Translations under genes and position numbers: made by a program
Notes under the pieces: model-generated
What the model was told of the DNA's origin: nothing
What the model saw: only the letters and a program-made list of their open reading frames with translations
Database searches by the model: none
From: Eledone cirrhosa
Taxonomy: Eukaryota
NCBI GenBank assembly: GCA_964016885.1
Contig: OZ024741.1
Coordinates: 326,492,001 to 326,556,000 of the forward strand
Direction: 5' to 3'
Length of the DNA: 64,000 nt
Part shown: positions 52,871 to 64,000 of the stretch, piece after piece
How positions within the stretch are numbered: position 1 is the stretch's first letter
How the letters are laid out: every line of letters starts with the position of its first letter

Positions 52871-54417
52871 TAATATTTTTGCTCAGACATATCAATAACA
52901 GTTAACGAAATCCGCTTCAAAATCCCAAACCAGTCTCAAACTCACTCCAAATGAGACCAATCAAAATGAACTTATAACAGGGTTTGCAAAATACGAATGT
53001 GAGCTAAATAGTTCATGTGCTTAAAAGTTCATAGCCTGACAAAGATACTCTCATGGAATGAAGAAATGAGGTTTATTCTTTTTACATAGTACCTAGAAAA
53101 AAATCAATTTATCTATTAATAAGAAGAGTTTAGATTAATGCATGCAAGATTTCACAGGACTAGCAACACTCTTTCATAGTCAGCCTATGAACTTTTCAGC
53201 TTACTCTCGTAGTTTAAGCAGACATTTAGTACACTTTAAAAATTCAAAGATTATATACGTGTATCTAAGACAGCAAAACTGTACATTCATTTATATAAAT
53301 GAGACAGAAACCCACCAAATTTTAAGAATATAATTTTATTTAGTGAGTTTTTAAAATAGTATTTTAAATAAAAATGTCAAAATCAATAATCTGTTTTTCG
53401 TTGATTCGCTTATATTATTTATTTACTGTTATTTTTTTTTTGGCAGGGAGCGTGAATTAATTTCATACAACGAACTTTATTTACACAATTTTAATTTCTG
53501 ATTTATTACATTTTAAATGTAATAAACCGCATAAAACTATTATTAGATAACACAACGGAAATATAAAAGAAAAACATACAAGGCAATAAAAGAGAAGTTT
53601 TAATATCTTAGCAATACATTTAAATATAGAATTATTGATGGTGGAGCATGACATATAGGTGATTAATCTCCAATCTGGGCCTCCACAAAGCCATGCACAA
53701 ACTAACGTAAACTAAAGGAGTGATGTGTAAGATAACCAATGAGGGAGAATTGACTGACCGGTTCATTTTCGATTTCGGTGGTGTCTTTAGTCACCTATCT
53801 GCGGTTTTCCACTGCAAAACAGGGAGCAGTGCATCCCACTTAGGAAAGGTATCCAGTAAGGTGGAATGGCTGATACAGGAGGTGTCACATGTTGTATCCC
53901 ACGTCAACGCTCTTACCACCTTGTCCACTGTACGTAGTTGAAATATACTATCTAGACTGGAGTATAGATTATCCCGCTAACAATATCAACACTCTACTTT
54001 CATTATCTATGTTGCCGGTTTTTTGTTACAAACATTAATTGAATCAGATTCGGTACGGTATTACTTTTATAGTAAAGTCATTGGGAGGGGAACAGCGTAC
54101 GTTCAGAATATTACGGCCTACAAGAATGTTGGGGAGAAAGTTGAAGTAGATAAAAGGTCCTTAACTCCTGGTAATGTCTTAGGTATGCCGCCCGACAGAA
54201 AGTTATATATATATATATACATACATATATGTACACACATATAAATACACCCCTCCACACACACACACATATATATGTATATATATATACTTAATACTAC
54301 AATGGAAAAAAAACCCATCCCTCAGCACACGACATGGATCCTTGTAACCTAAGTTCCCACCAGCCGAAAGCTGAACCCAATGACCTAGATCCTGCTCACC
54401 CATTTGATAACATGGAT

Positions 54418-54469
<52 letters not shown>

Positions 54470-54471
<2 letters not shown>

Positions 54472-55577
54472 AGGGGGTGGAACTAGGAGTTACTGCAGGT
54501 TCACCCGGTGAGCACTCGATGTTTAGGTTCACTTCTGTGATGATGTGTAGAGCTATATACAGAGTGTAATATATAGAAAGGATAAAAAGGACGATTGATT
54601 ATTCCTTCATTGCATTTATTGATAGGTGACGCGCGTTTCGCCACTGATCAGCTCAAGGTTCGATCCATATCGATCCTACCCGACTCAATAATCCGCAGCT
54701 CGACGGACCTTCTTAAAATGCTATAAGAAAATGAAATACATGCTATGTGATAAAGTCAGATATTCAAGAGTTTGACAAAATTAGTTGTTTTGATTGGTGG
54801 GAAGGATCAAGGCGATGTACTGGCCTGTAGTGTATATAGGGGTGGGTATGATGGTGAGATGTTGGTGACGATCGGTGTTTGAGATGGGCTGTGGTGTGGT
54901 GGTGGTTGTTTGGCCTTGGCGTGTAGAGTATGTGGGGGTGGATGTTATGATATGGTGGTGGTTATGGTTGCTTAGTGGGATGGGCTGTGGTATGAGGTTA
55001 GTGGGTTGTCAGTAGACGGGTTGGCGTGTGTATTGACGTGTGATATTGGTGCCGCTGTCTATGGTAGTGGCGTTTGTAGTGGTGTGACGGATGTATTGGT
55101 GACGTCACGGTCATTACCCAGATACATAGCTAGACGCTCATCGTCTGACAGATGCTTTGTATATACGTATACGCACACACATATAGGTATATATGTGCAC
55201 ACATATTGTTGTATAAACACACCCACCACAAAACACATACGCACATCCTTGCCCACACATATCGACACACACCCACACACAGCCATATGTATATGTACAC
55301 ACATGTATGTGCGTGTGCGCATGCGGGCACGAATATGGAGAGTGGGGGAGTATCGTTGGGTGTGACGAACGACGGAGATGGGGTGAAGGTGAGAGGCAAT
55401 GTAGAAGGTATTTTACATACATACATACACATACATACACCCATACACACATATGGGTATGGGCACATGGACTCACACTCACGTATACAAAATATACACA
55501 TACACACCCACACACACGTATACTCACGCACATATATATACATATATATATATATACATACACATATATATATACAT

Positions 55578-55632
<55 letters not shown>

Positions 55633-55929
55633 AGTGTGCGTGCGTGTACGCATAGTTATTGCATGTGTGTGTGTGTATGTGAGCGCAGGTGTATACATGT
55701 GTGTATGTGTGGGTACGTATCTGTATATATATGTGTATGTGTATGCGTATGTGTATGTGTGTGTGTCTATATGTATGTGTATTTATGTGTGTATATGTGC
55801 ACGTCTACATGTATGTATATGGGTGAATCTGACTATATGTGTAGGTGAGCTCATGTACGTACATGTATGTGTATATGTGCGTGTATATCTGTGTGTTGTG
55901 TGCGTGTATATCTGTGTGTTGTCTATAGA

Positions 55930-55986
<57 letters not shown>

Positions 55987-56941
55987 ATGTATATATATGT
56001 GCGTGAGTATACGTGTGTGTGAGTATATTTTGTATACGTGAGTGTGAGTCCATGTGCCCATACCCATATGTGTGTATGGGTATATGTATGTGTATGTATG
56101 TATGTAAAACACCTTCTACATTGTCTCTCACCTTCCCCCCATCTCCGTCGTTCGCCACCCCCAACGATACTCCCCCACTCTCCATATTCGTGCCCGCATG
56201 CGCACACGCACATACATGTGTGTACATATACATATGGCTGTGTGTGGGCGTGTGTCGATATGTGTGGGCAAGGATGAGCTTATGTGTTTTGTGATGGGTG
56301 TGTTTATACAACAAAATGTGTGCACATATATACTATATGTGTGTGCGTATACGTATATACAAAGCATCTGCCAGACGATGAGCGTCTAGCTATGTATCTG
56401 GGTAATGACCTTGACGCCTCCAATACATCCGCCACACCACCACAAACGCTACTACCATAGACAGCGGCACCAACACCACACCCCCACACACACGCCAATC
56501 CCGTCTACTGACAGCCCACTAACCTCATACCACAGCCCATCCCACTAAGCAACCATAACCACCATCATATCATAACATCCACCCCCACACACTCTACACG
56601 CCAAGGCCAAACAACCACCACCACACCACAGCCCATCTCAAACACCGATCGTCACCAACATTTCACCATCACACCCACCCCCATATACACTACATGCCAG
56701 TACATCGCCTTGATCCTTCCCACCAATCAAAACAACTCATTTTGTCAAACTCTTGAATATCTGACTTTATCACATAGCATGTATTTCATTTTCTTATAGC
56801 ATTTTAAGAAGGTCCGTCGAGCTGCGGATTATTGAGTCGGGTAGGAACGATATAGATCGAACCTTGAGCTGATCAGTGGCGAAACGCGCGTCACCTATCA
56901 ATAAATGCAATGAAGGAATAATCAATCGTCCTTTTTATCCT

Positions 56942-56948
<7 letters not shown>
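54470..56948. mobile_element. Non-coding inverted Penelope-type element with about 1-kb arms, (TA)n-flanked
   Basis: About 54569-55590 is the reverse complement of about 55975-56948. The left arm has an extra tail, 54470-54568. Confidence 0.88.
56810..56896 (+). ncRNA. Type I hammerhead-like fold with variant core CCGUCGA (mirror 54624-54710, minus)
   Basis: AGGT-CCGTCGA-GCTGC...GTGGC-GAAA-CGCGCG (palindrome)-TC-ACCT, followed by AATAAA. Confidence 0.65.
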
Positions 56949-56983
<35 letters not shown>

Positions 56984-56989
<6 letters not shown>

Positions 56990-58596
56990 AAGTTAGATAA
57001 AAAGTCAAATGTTTAAAATTTAGCTTCGTTTATTACTGCTATATATATATTTCAGTGACAGCCATCTTTGGCTGTGACCTCTTCAGGCAGTCCGAATTAG
57101 TGTGGTAGAGACAAGTACATATGTTGTTGAGGTGTATAATATTGTCAATAGTCTGATATGCCCAGTTCCTGGTTGGGTTGTTATTTCACTGAGGAACTGG
57201 AATCATATGAATTCAAACAAACTAATTTCAGTGTCAAAAATTTATAAAGTGGTAGAATGGACAAGGTGTTAAAGGAACAAAATAACAAAAAAAGTGTCAA
57301 ACTTCCCATTGGTCAGTTCTGAGAGCATTCCTCAGTCAGAAGTCTATAGTATTCTTTCTGGGGTGAGGCTCCCTGTAGTGTTTGTGTTTACTATTGTTAA
57401 GTACATTTGACCTCTACCATTATTTAGGTAGTGTTGTTGGTGTTGTGGTCAGCTTATGTCTTGCTTCTGTTGACAATTTAGAAGTATGTGTGTGTGTATT
57501 TCTTCATCCCACCTGCCACCATCTCTCATAGTGGTGGTGGTGGTGTGGGGGAGGGGGGGGGGGTTTCTTCCATGTATACGAAGAAATATAACGCAATATA
57601 TGAAGAAAGCAGAAAATAAATAATATAATTTGTATAATTTGAAAATAAATAATAAATAGAGAATAAAGAATAAATAATAAATGAAAAATTGGTGAAAAAG
57701 TAATGAAAGTGAATATGGAGAAGTGAGAAATAAAATGAAGATTCAAATAAAGTAGGATAAAGTGTGTGTGTGTGTGCTATAACCAATCTCAAGGTCAGAT
57801 AAACTGGTATGAGGGACAAGATGTTAAAATAAGATAATCAAACAAAATGCGTTTGTGTAATAAATAATCTCAACTTTAAAATAGATATAAGGTGATACAG
57901 TGAAGAGGACAGAAAACAAATAACAAATTAATAAAGAGAAATCAAGATTTAAATTTGGGACTTGAAAGTCAGAAATCAAGTAACTTAAAATGTGTTTGTG
58001 TTATATAGATGTTGGCCAAATTATAATGGCTGTTTCCGATTCAATCTCTAGGCTATCATGGTGTCTGCTCAGCCTGGGTTGTTCCCTATGGCTTGAGGGG
58101 AGTTCACAACCTAGGGTGTTGTTACTGCCCATATAGCTTGAGGGAGGTCTGGCTGAGAGGTGTTTACATGTTCTGTAGAAGTCCCTATAGCTTGAGGGGA
58201 GTTCACATCTTCTTGTGTTGCTACAACTGACCAATGAGAGGAGAAGAGGCCCTTTGACACTGAAATTCGTTTGTTTGAATTCATATGATTCCAGTTCCTC
58301 AGTGAAATAACAACCCAACCAGGAACTGGCCATATCAGAGTATTGACAATATTATACACCTCAACAACATATGTACTTGTCTATACCACACTAATTCGGA
58401 CTGCCTGAAGAGGTCACAGCCAAAGATGGCTGTCACTGAAATATATATAGCAGTAATAAACGAAGCTAAATTTTAAACATTTGACTTTTTATCTAACTTT
58501 ATTTTACATTACTCCGGAGTAACCAAACCAACCTGCGCACTTCGTCGAGTGCTCCAGCGTGCATACTGAGGTGTTGGTATACAACCAACATATACT

Positions 58597-58597
<1 letters not shown>
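56984..58597. mobile_element. Inverted Penelope-type element with about 250-bp arms, (TA)n-flanked
   Basis: 56984-57238 is the reverse complement of 58253-58505. The right arm has a tail, 58506-58597. Confidence 0.88.
58400..58454 (+). ncRNA. Type I hammerhead ribozyme (mirror 57035-57091, minus)
   Basis: ACTGC-CTGAAGA-GGTC ACAGCCA AAGA TGGCTGT CACT-GAAA-TATATA-TA-GCAGT, then AATAAA. Confidence 0.88.
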
Positions 58598-58647
<50 letters not shown>

Positions 58648-58976
58648 GGAGGTGAGTTTTATTGTAGTACAATAAAGCAATGCAGATATCGGATAAGAAG
58701 CACTCTACAGTTTGTGGGACTGGAGTATGCATAATATAAGATCAAAAGATGGTTAAAGGAGTTCAATATATTTTATTATGCGCATTTCAAAAACAAACAT
58801 CATCAAACAATAATATTTGTGTTTTCATCAGATAAAACAGGAGAACATGATATGAAGGCTAAAAAAACACTTGTTGATAGTGCAGTTTTAAATCAACATA
58901 TGAAAAGTGGTTTTAGATTGATGTGTGATATTGGGAAAAATATTTTATTTAGAGAGGGGGGGAGAGAAAAGGATGA

Positions 58977-59743
58977 CAAGTAAAATATTTAACAAACACA
59001 CCATTAAATTTTCGTATTCTACATCCTCCAATATTTCCAACATCATTTCTAAACACAACAAAATATTAAATACTAAATCTCTTCCTTCCAATATTGAATC
59101 TCATAATAACAATAATAGTACTCCTGACGTCATTGTAAACCCTAGGCTAACTTCTGTAAACCCAAATGCAACGTCAAACACAACTTCGCTAAATGTTCAT
59201 AATCCAACTCTAAATCAAGAAACTATTATTCCTATTATTCCTATCGCAAACAACTTCTCCAATCCAATTCCTTCTATAGATAACACTAGATCACTCATTA
59301 ATAATCTCTCTAATTGCAACTGCCGCATTAAAAATAAATGTCCTCTCAACAACCATTGCCTCGATAAAAACTTAATTTATGAATGTAAAATTATAACTAG
59401 CACCAACTCCTTCACCTATTTTGGCTCCACTTCCACCTCTTTTAAAGCTCGTCTCTATAATCATCATTCATCTTTCAAATACAAACTTAAAAGAACTAAC
59501 ACTGCTCTCTCAGAACTCATATGGTCCTTAAAAGACAAAAACATTAAATATAACATCTTTTGGAAAAAGATTTCTTCTGCATCCTCGTACTTGAACAGTT
59601 CTCTATCTAAAATCTGTAATCTCTGCCTAAATGAAAAATTTACCATTATCTCTAACCTAGAATCCATAATAAATAGACGCTCGGATTTGTTTTCCATCTG
59701 CCTTCATAAATTCCATAGAACTTTTCACAAAGTATACAGTTAA
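58977..59743 (+). pseudogene. Penelope-like linker plus GIY-YIG endonuclease (5'-truncated, open)
   Basis: KIFNKHTIKFSYS, CNCRIKNKCPLNNHC, LIY...YFG, FKARLYNH, WSLKD, CNLCLNE, INRRSD...CLHK. The listed ORF start lies in the inverted pLTR and is artefactual. Confidence 0.9.
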
Positions 59744-60969
59744 TATTCAATTCTTTATCAATTTAGAATCTTTTCTCAAAGGCACATATACATACACCTC
59801 TTTAAAATATACCCATCTACCTTACTTTAAAGGGCATTATACACTCTATAGTACTCGTTTATTCATTTACCTCATCCTATCTTCTCGTAAAACAATAACA
59901 TTTGTTTTTGACATTTTGAATATTCATCCGCAATCATTATTATTTTTTTTTTTTTTTCCCTCTATCATAAATCTTTTTAATCTCAATTTCATCCTTAATT
60001 TATTATTATATATATTTTTTTTTAATATATACTCATATATTCTTTAAAATATACCCATCTACCTTACTTTAAAGGGCATTATACACTCATCACCCTCATT
60101 ATATCTCTTCGTAAAACAATAACATTTGTTTTTGACATTTTGAGTATTCATCCGCAATCATTATTATTTTTTCTCACTATCATAAATCTTTTTAATCTCA
60201 ATTTCATCCTTAATTTATTATTATTATTTTTTTCTCCCCATCAACGAACTCATTATTAATACATATGAATTCAATATAAAAACTTTAACTTCACATTATT
60301 TTTCTCAAATCCTATACATAAACATTTTCTCTTTGCTAATTTTAAGATTCCTACATTTCTCCTTTTGAATATTCACCCACAATTATTATTTTTTTCTCTC
60401 TATCTCCATACATAATCTCCCTTCGTTATTTTTTTCTCTCTATCTCCATACATAATTTCCCTTCGTTAATTTTCAAATTCCTTTAATTTATACATTATCT
60501 TCCAACGGTTCCCAACCTCTCTATATTAAAACATTATATCTTTTTCTCAGTTATAAAAACTATCTCTTTCTCTCTATCACCCATCTCTCCCTTTCCACCT
60601 TCACTCTCATCTCCTCCCCTTTTTTTCATCCTTTCCACCCCCACCCCTCCCTAAATATAATATATTTTTTCCTCGCACTTATCCTCCCTTCGTTAATTTT
60701 CAAAATTTTTAATTTATACAGTATCTTCCAACGGTTTTCAACCCCTCTATATAAAATATATCTCCTCTCTGTTATAAAAACTATCTCTTTCTCTCTATCA
60801 CCCATCTCTCCCTCTCATCTCCTTCCCTTTTCATCCTTTTCTCTCCCCCCCTCTCTAAATAAAATATTTTTCCCAATATCACACATCAATCTAAAACCAC
60901 TTTTCATATGTTGATTTAAAACTGCACTATCAACAAGTGTTTTTTTAGCCTTCATATCATGTTCTCCTG

Positions 60970-61036
60970 TTTTATCTGATGAAAACACAAATATTATTGT
61001 TTGATGATGTTTGTTTTTGAAATGCGCATAATAAAA
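60970..61036 (+). ncRNA. Type I hammerhead ribozyme with long GU-rich stem II (mirror 58771-58837, minus)
   Basis: TTTTAT-CTGATGA-AAAC ACAAATATTATT...GATGATGTTTGT TTTT-GAAA-TGCGCA-TA-ATAAAA. Confidence 0.88.
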
Positions 61037-61068
61037 TATATTGAACTCCTTTAACCATCTTTTGATCT

Positions 61069-61113
<45 letters not shown>

Positions 61114-61117
<4 letters not shown>

Positions 61118-61400
61118 TTTAGATTTGTTGGCTCACCACTGGATATAACTGGTCATTCCGTATAGTCAACCTTGGTGTAATATTAGGGAGAGCACTCGAC
61201 GTAATGAAACTCACCCGTATTCGTTTGTCTTGTTGGTGGTGCAAGTACTGAGTTAAATATTATAAAATAACAGGAGGCTGGACTGGCGTAATTACTTATT
61301 GGTTTATTATACTATGAACATTTCAATGTCCGGGCTCAGTATGAATCCGGTGACATCATCAGGTATTCCGAAATTTATCCTACAAAGGAATATAATAGAC

Positions 61401-61402
<2 letters not shown>
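61114..61402 (-). mobile_element. Solo Penelope-type cassette with HHR and tail, (TA)n-flanked
   Basis: Homologous to 7290-7420 (HHR part) and to 15579-15745 (tail). Confidence 0.8.
61309..61366 (-). ncRNA. Type I hammerhead ribozyme
   Basis: ATAC-CTGATGA-TGTCACCGGATTCA TAC TGAGCCCGGACATT-GAAA-TGTTCA-TA-GTAT-AATAAA. Confidence 0.82.
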
Positions 61403-61452
<50 letters not shown>

Positions 61453-61599
61453 ATATATATATATTGTATATATATATATATATATATATATACAATATAT
61501 ATATATACAATATATATATATATACAATATATATATATGTATATATACAATATATATATACAATATATATATATATATATATACAATATATATATATAT

Positions 61600-61676
<77 letters not shown>

Positions 61677-61840
61677 ATATATATATACAATATATATATA
61701 TACAATATATATATATACAATATATATACAATATATATACAATATATATACAATATATATATATATATACAATATATATATATATACAATATATATATAT
61801 ATATATACAATATATATATATACAATATATATATATATAT

Positions 61841-61882
<42 letters not shown>

Positions 61883-61917
61883 ATATATATATATATACAA
61901 TATATATATATATATAT

Positions 61918-61954
<37 letters not shown>

Positions 61955-61988
61955 TATATATATATACAATATATATATATATATATTA

Positions 61989-62028
<40 letters not shown>

Positions 62029-62180
62029 CAATATATATATATATATATATATATACAATATATATATATATATATACAATATATATATATATATATATAT
62101 ACAATATATATATATATATACAATATATATATATACACTATATATATATATATATATATACAATATATATATATACAATA

Positions 62181-62214
<34 letters not shown>

Positions 62215-62216
62215 CA

Positions 62217-62247
<31 letters not shown>

Positions 62248-62305
62248 ATATATATATATATATATACAATATATATATATATATATATATACAATATATA
62301 TATAT

Positions 62306-62367
<62 letters not shown>

Positions 62368-62377
62368 ATATATATAT

Positions 62378-62428
<51 letters not shown>
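61403..62428. repeat. About 1-kb compound (TA)n satellite punctuated by CAA
   Basis: Units of (TA)n-CAA with variable n. Confidence 0.95.
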
Positions 62429-62429
<1 letters not shown>

Positions 62430-62482
62430 AGTGGTTTCACAACAGTTAGTTCACCATACCGAGAACAATTGTTTCACATTAG
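62429..62482 (-). mobile_element. Very short fragment of the 41866-42757 terminal cassette
   Basis: Near-identical to 41933-41986; breaks inside HHR stem II. Confidence 0.8.
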
Positions 62483-63130
62483 GAAGTGTGGTTTGTTCAA
62501 ATAAAGGGCATACGTTGTTTATGCAATTGTAAAATCTCTTCACATAATTGTTTTTTCGTGGTCAAGGAGTGTTTGTATTTGTAGATATCTGGCTTAATGA
62601 GTGCTTATATGTATGTGTGCGCTTCTGTGCGCATTCAAGTATATCTGACTGATTATTAATAAGAAGATTTCCATTTAATGCATGCAAGATTTCACAGATG
62701 TAGAATCACTCCTTCATAGTCAGCCTATGCAATTTTCAGTCGACCCTCATGCATACATACGTTCATACGTAAAACGTACATACATACATGCCTATATACA
62801 TAGATAAATACATAAATGCATGCATACATAATGGCTGCAACTTTATTTCGAGTAATGCCATCTATTGATAATTAAGCATAAGCATCACGGACGTGGCTTT
62901 TTTATGTATATGAGGAAAAGCTTTGCACGAGCCCAATCTGAACATCAAATGTATTTACCCAAAACGTAGAACTGGTCAACATCATTGCAAGCAAACGAAG
63001 TCGCAGGATTTATATCAGAGTGACCTTCTCCTATAGAGATGCCTTAATGAAAACTAGGAGACTTTTGCTCCACAAAAAAATACATACATATATATACACC
63101 ATAGATACATACATATACAGATATAACATA

Positions 63131-63170
63131 CACTAGCATTAAAGCCCGGCGTATCTCGAGGTCTGTAAGT
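63131..63170. mobile_element. Possible Helitron/Helentron-type terminus
   Basis: ACTAGCATTAAAGCCCGGCGTATCTCGAGG resembles the CTAG plus short GC hairpin end; recognition only. Confidence 0.35.
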
Positions 63171-64000
63171 TACCAAAGTTAGGTTGCACCACCCATTTTA
63201 TGGCAGCACTTTTTTGTCTGCCAGGCACTGGGTGAATGAATGGCAGACCTGGACTGCCGAAACTGGAACTGTGCCAGCAGTGACAATTGTAGTTTCGCTT
63301 ATGGATATTATCTCTGTGCAAAGAAGTGTTGAAATTTATTGTTTCACAGTACTTGCGCACACGCGCGTAGACGATGCCAGCCGAACAACAGAGCTACGAT
63401 GGAATTGTTCTGCATGGTTGTCTAATTTGTGTTTTCTAAATTTAAGACATTAGGGAGGGGTGTGATATGGGGGAGAGTCATCTGCTGTTTCTAGCAGGTT
63501 TAGTGACCTCATAGAGGATATTATTGTGTATAGTAAATGAACTGATACTTCTTTCTTCCACGTTCGTTGAGAGATGTTTTAAAAAAGATTTATCGCTATT
63601 TTTTTTATTGTTAAATAAATTGATCTGTTGCTTTTGAATAATTGTTGTTTCGTATGAAATGTAATAAGTTCTCTTTGTCATTGAAGTAAATAAATGTTTG
63701 ACCGTTCCACACTCAAAAACAAACGTTGTCTCTCTCTCTCTCCCTCTCACTCTCTTCTCTCTCTCTTCTTTCCTCTGCGTTCCTAAAGGAAGTTTGTAAG
63801 TTTAAGTGTATATGAGAGAAAGTTGCAGCATGTATGTAGTTTTATCGAATGTTAAGGGGAGTAGAGAGAGATATTCAGATAGTATTAGAGAGGTAGATCG
63901 TCATGTATTTAGTTTTATCGATTATTTCCGTAATTGTGGGTGAGTTTAAGTGAAATAAATAGTCGTTGACCTAAGTTACACCATTTACAACATTCTTACA

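Larger units (their letters stand above)
58645..61076 (+). mobile_element. Naiad-type Penelope-like element with inverted pLTR at its truncated 5' end
   Basis: 58731-58976 is the reverse complement of 60831-61076 and the pair encloses a GIY-YIG ORF fragment and 3' UTR. (TA)n on both sides; tail at 58645-58730. Confidence 0.9.

Noticed and set aside
54470-56948. Assembly fold-back artefact as the explanation for the inverted repeats
   Set aside because: Arms differ by substitutions and indels, have family-specific boundaries and follow a consistent orientation rule. Raw reads are still needed to exclude it fully.
57990-58050. Possible GIY-YIG C-terminal remnant on minus (LNRK...YNLANIY)
   Set aside because: Too short and needs frameshifts.
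61299-62504. 401-aa ORF and the many other YI/CV/HT/ER-rich ORFs
   Set aside because: They are translations of (TA)n, (TG)n, (CA)n and (GA)n microsatellites that lack stop codons.
62575-62606. GAGTGC hexamers here and at about 7835 as further tail hairpins
   Set aside because: The hexamer alone will occur by chance; there is no clean ACTC partner and no upstream same-strand HHR.

Overview
This is AT-rich, microsatellite-dense, non-genic animal DNA. The SINE families look like those of Octopus; this is recognition from memory, not a database result. I can support no host gene, and nearly all listed ORFs are microsatellite read-throughs. Retroelements found: a near full-length Tx1/L1-type LINE (20800-26707, minus) back to back with a 5'-truncated R4/Dong-type LINE (26729-29014, plus) in one (AAT)n tract; RTE, CRE-like and other RLE fragments; many SINEs and MITEs; and three Penelope-like (Naiad-type, GIY-YIG) ORF fragments. 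The main signal is a (TA)n-embedded system of Penelope-type terminal cassettes from many divergent families. About ten carry type I hammerhead ribozyme (HHR) folds, some with non-canonical cores. Several occur as inverted pairs with both 3' ends pointing outward into (TA)n. Downstream of the ribozyme, usually in only one arm of a pair, lies a conserved bulged hairpin, ACTC-[variable stem-loop]-T(N)-GAGTG. Its inner stem differs in sequence between families but keeps pairing in most copies. All structures were folded by eye and need computational and experimental confirmation.
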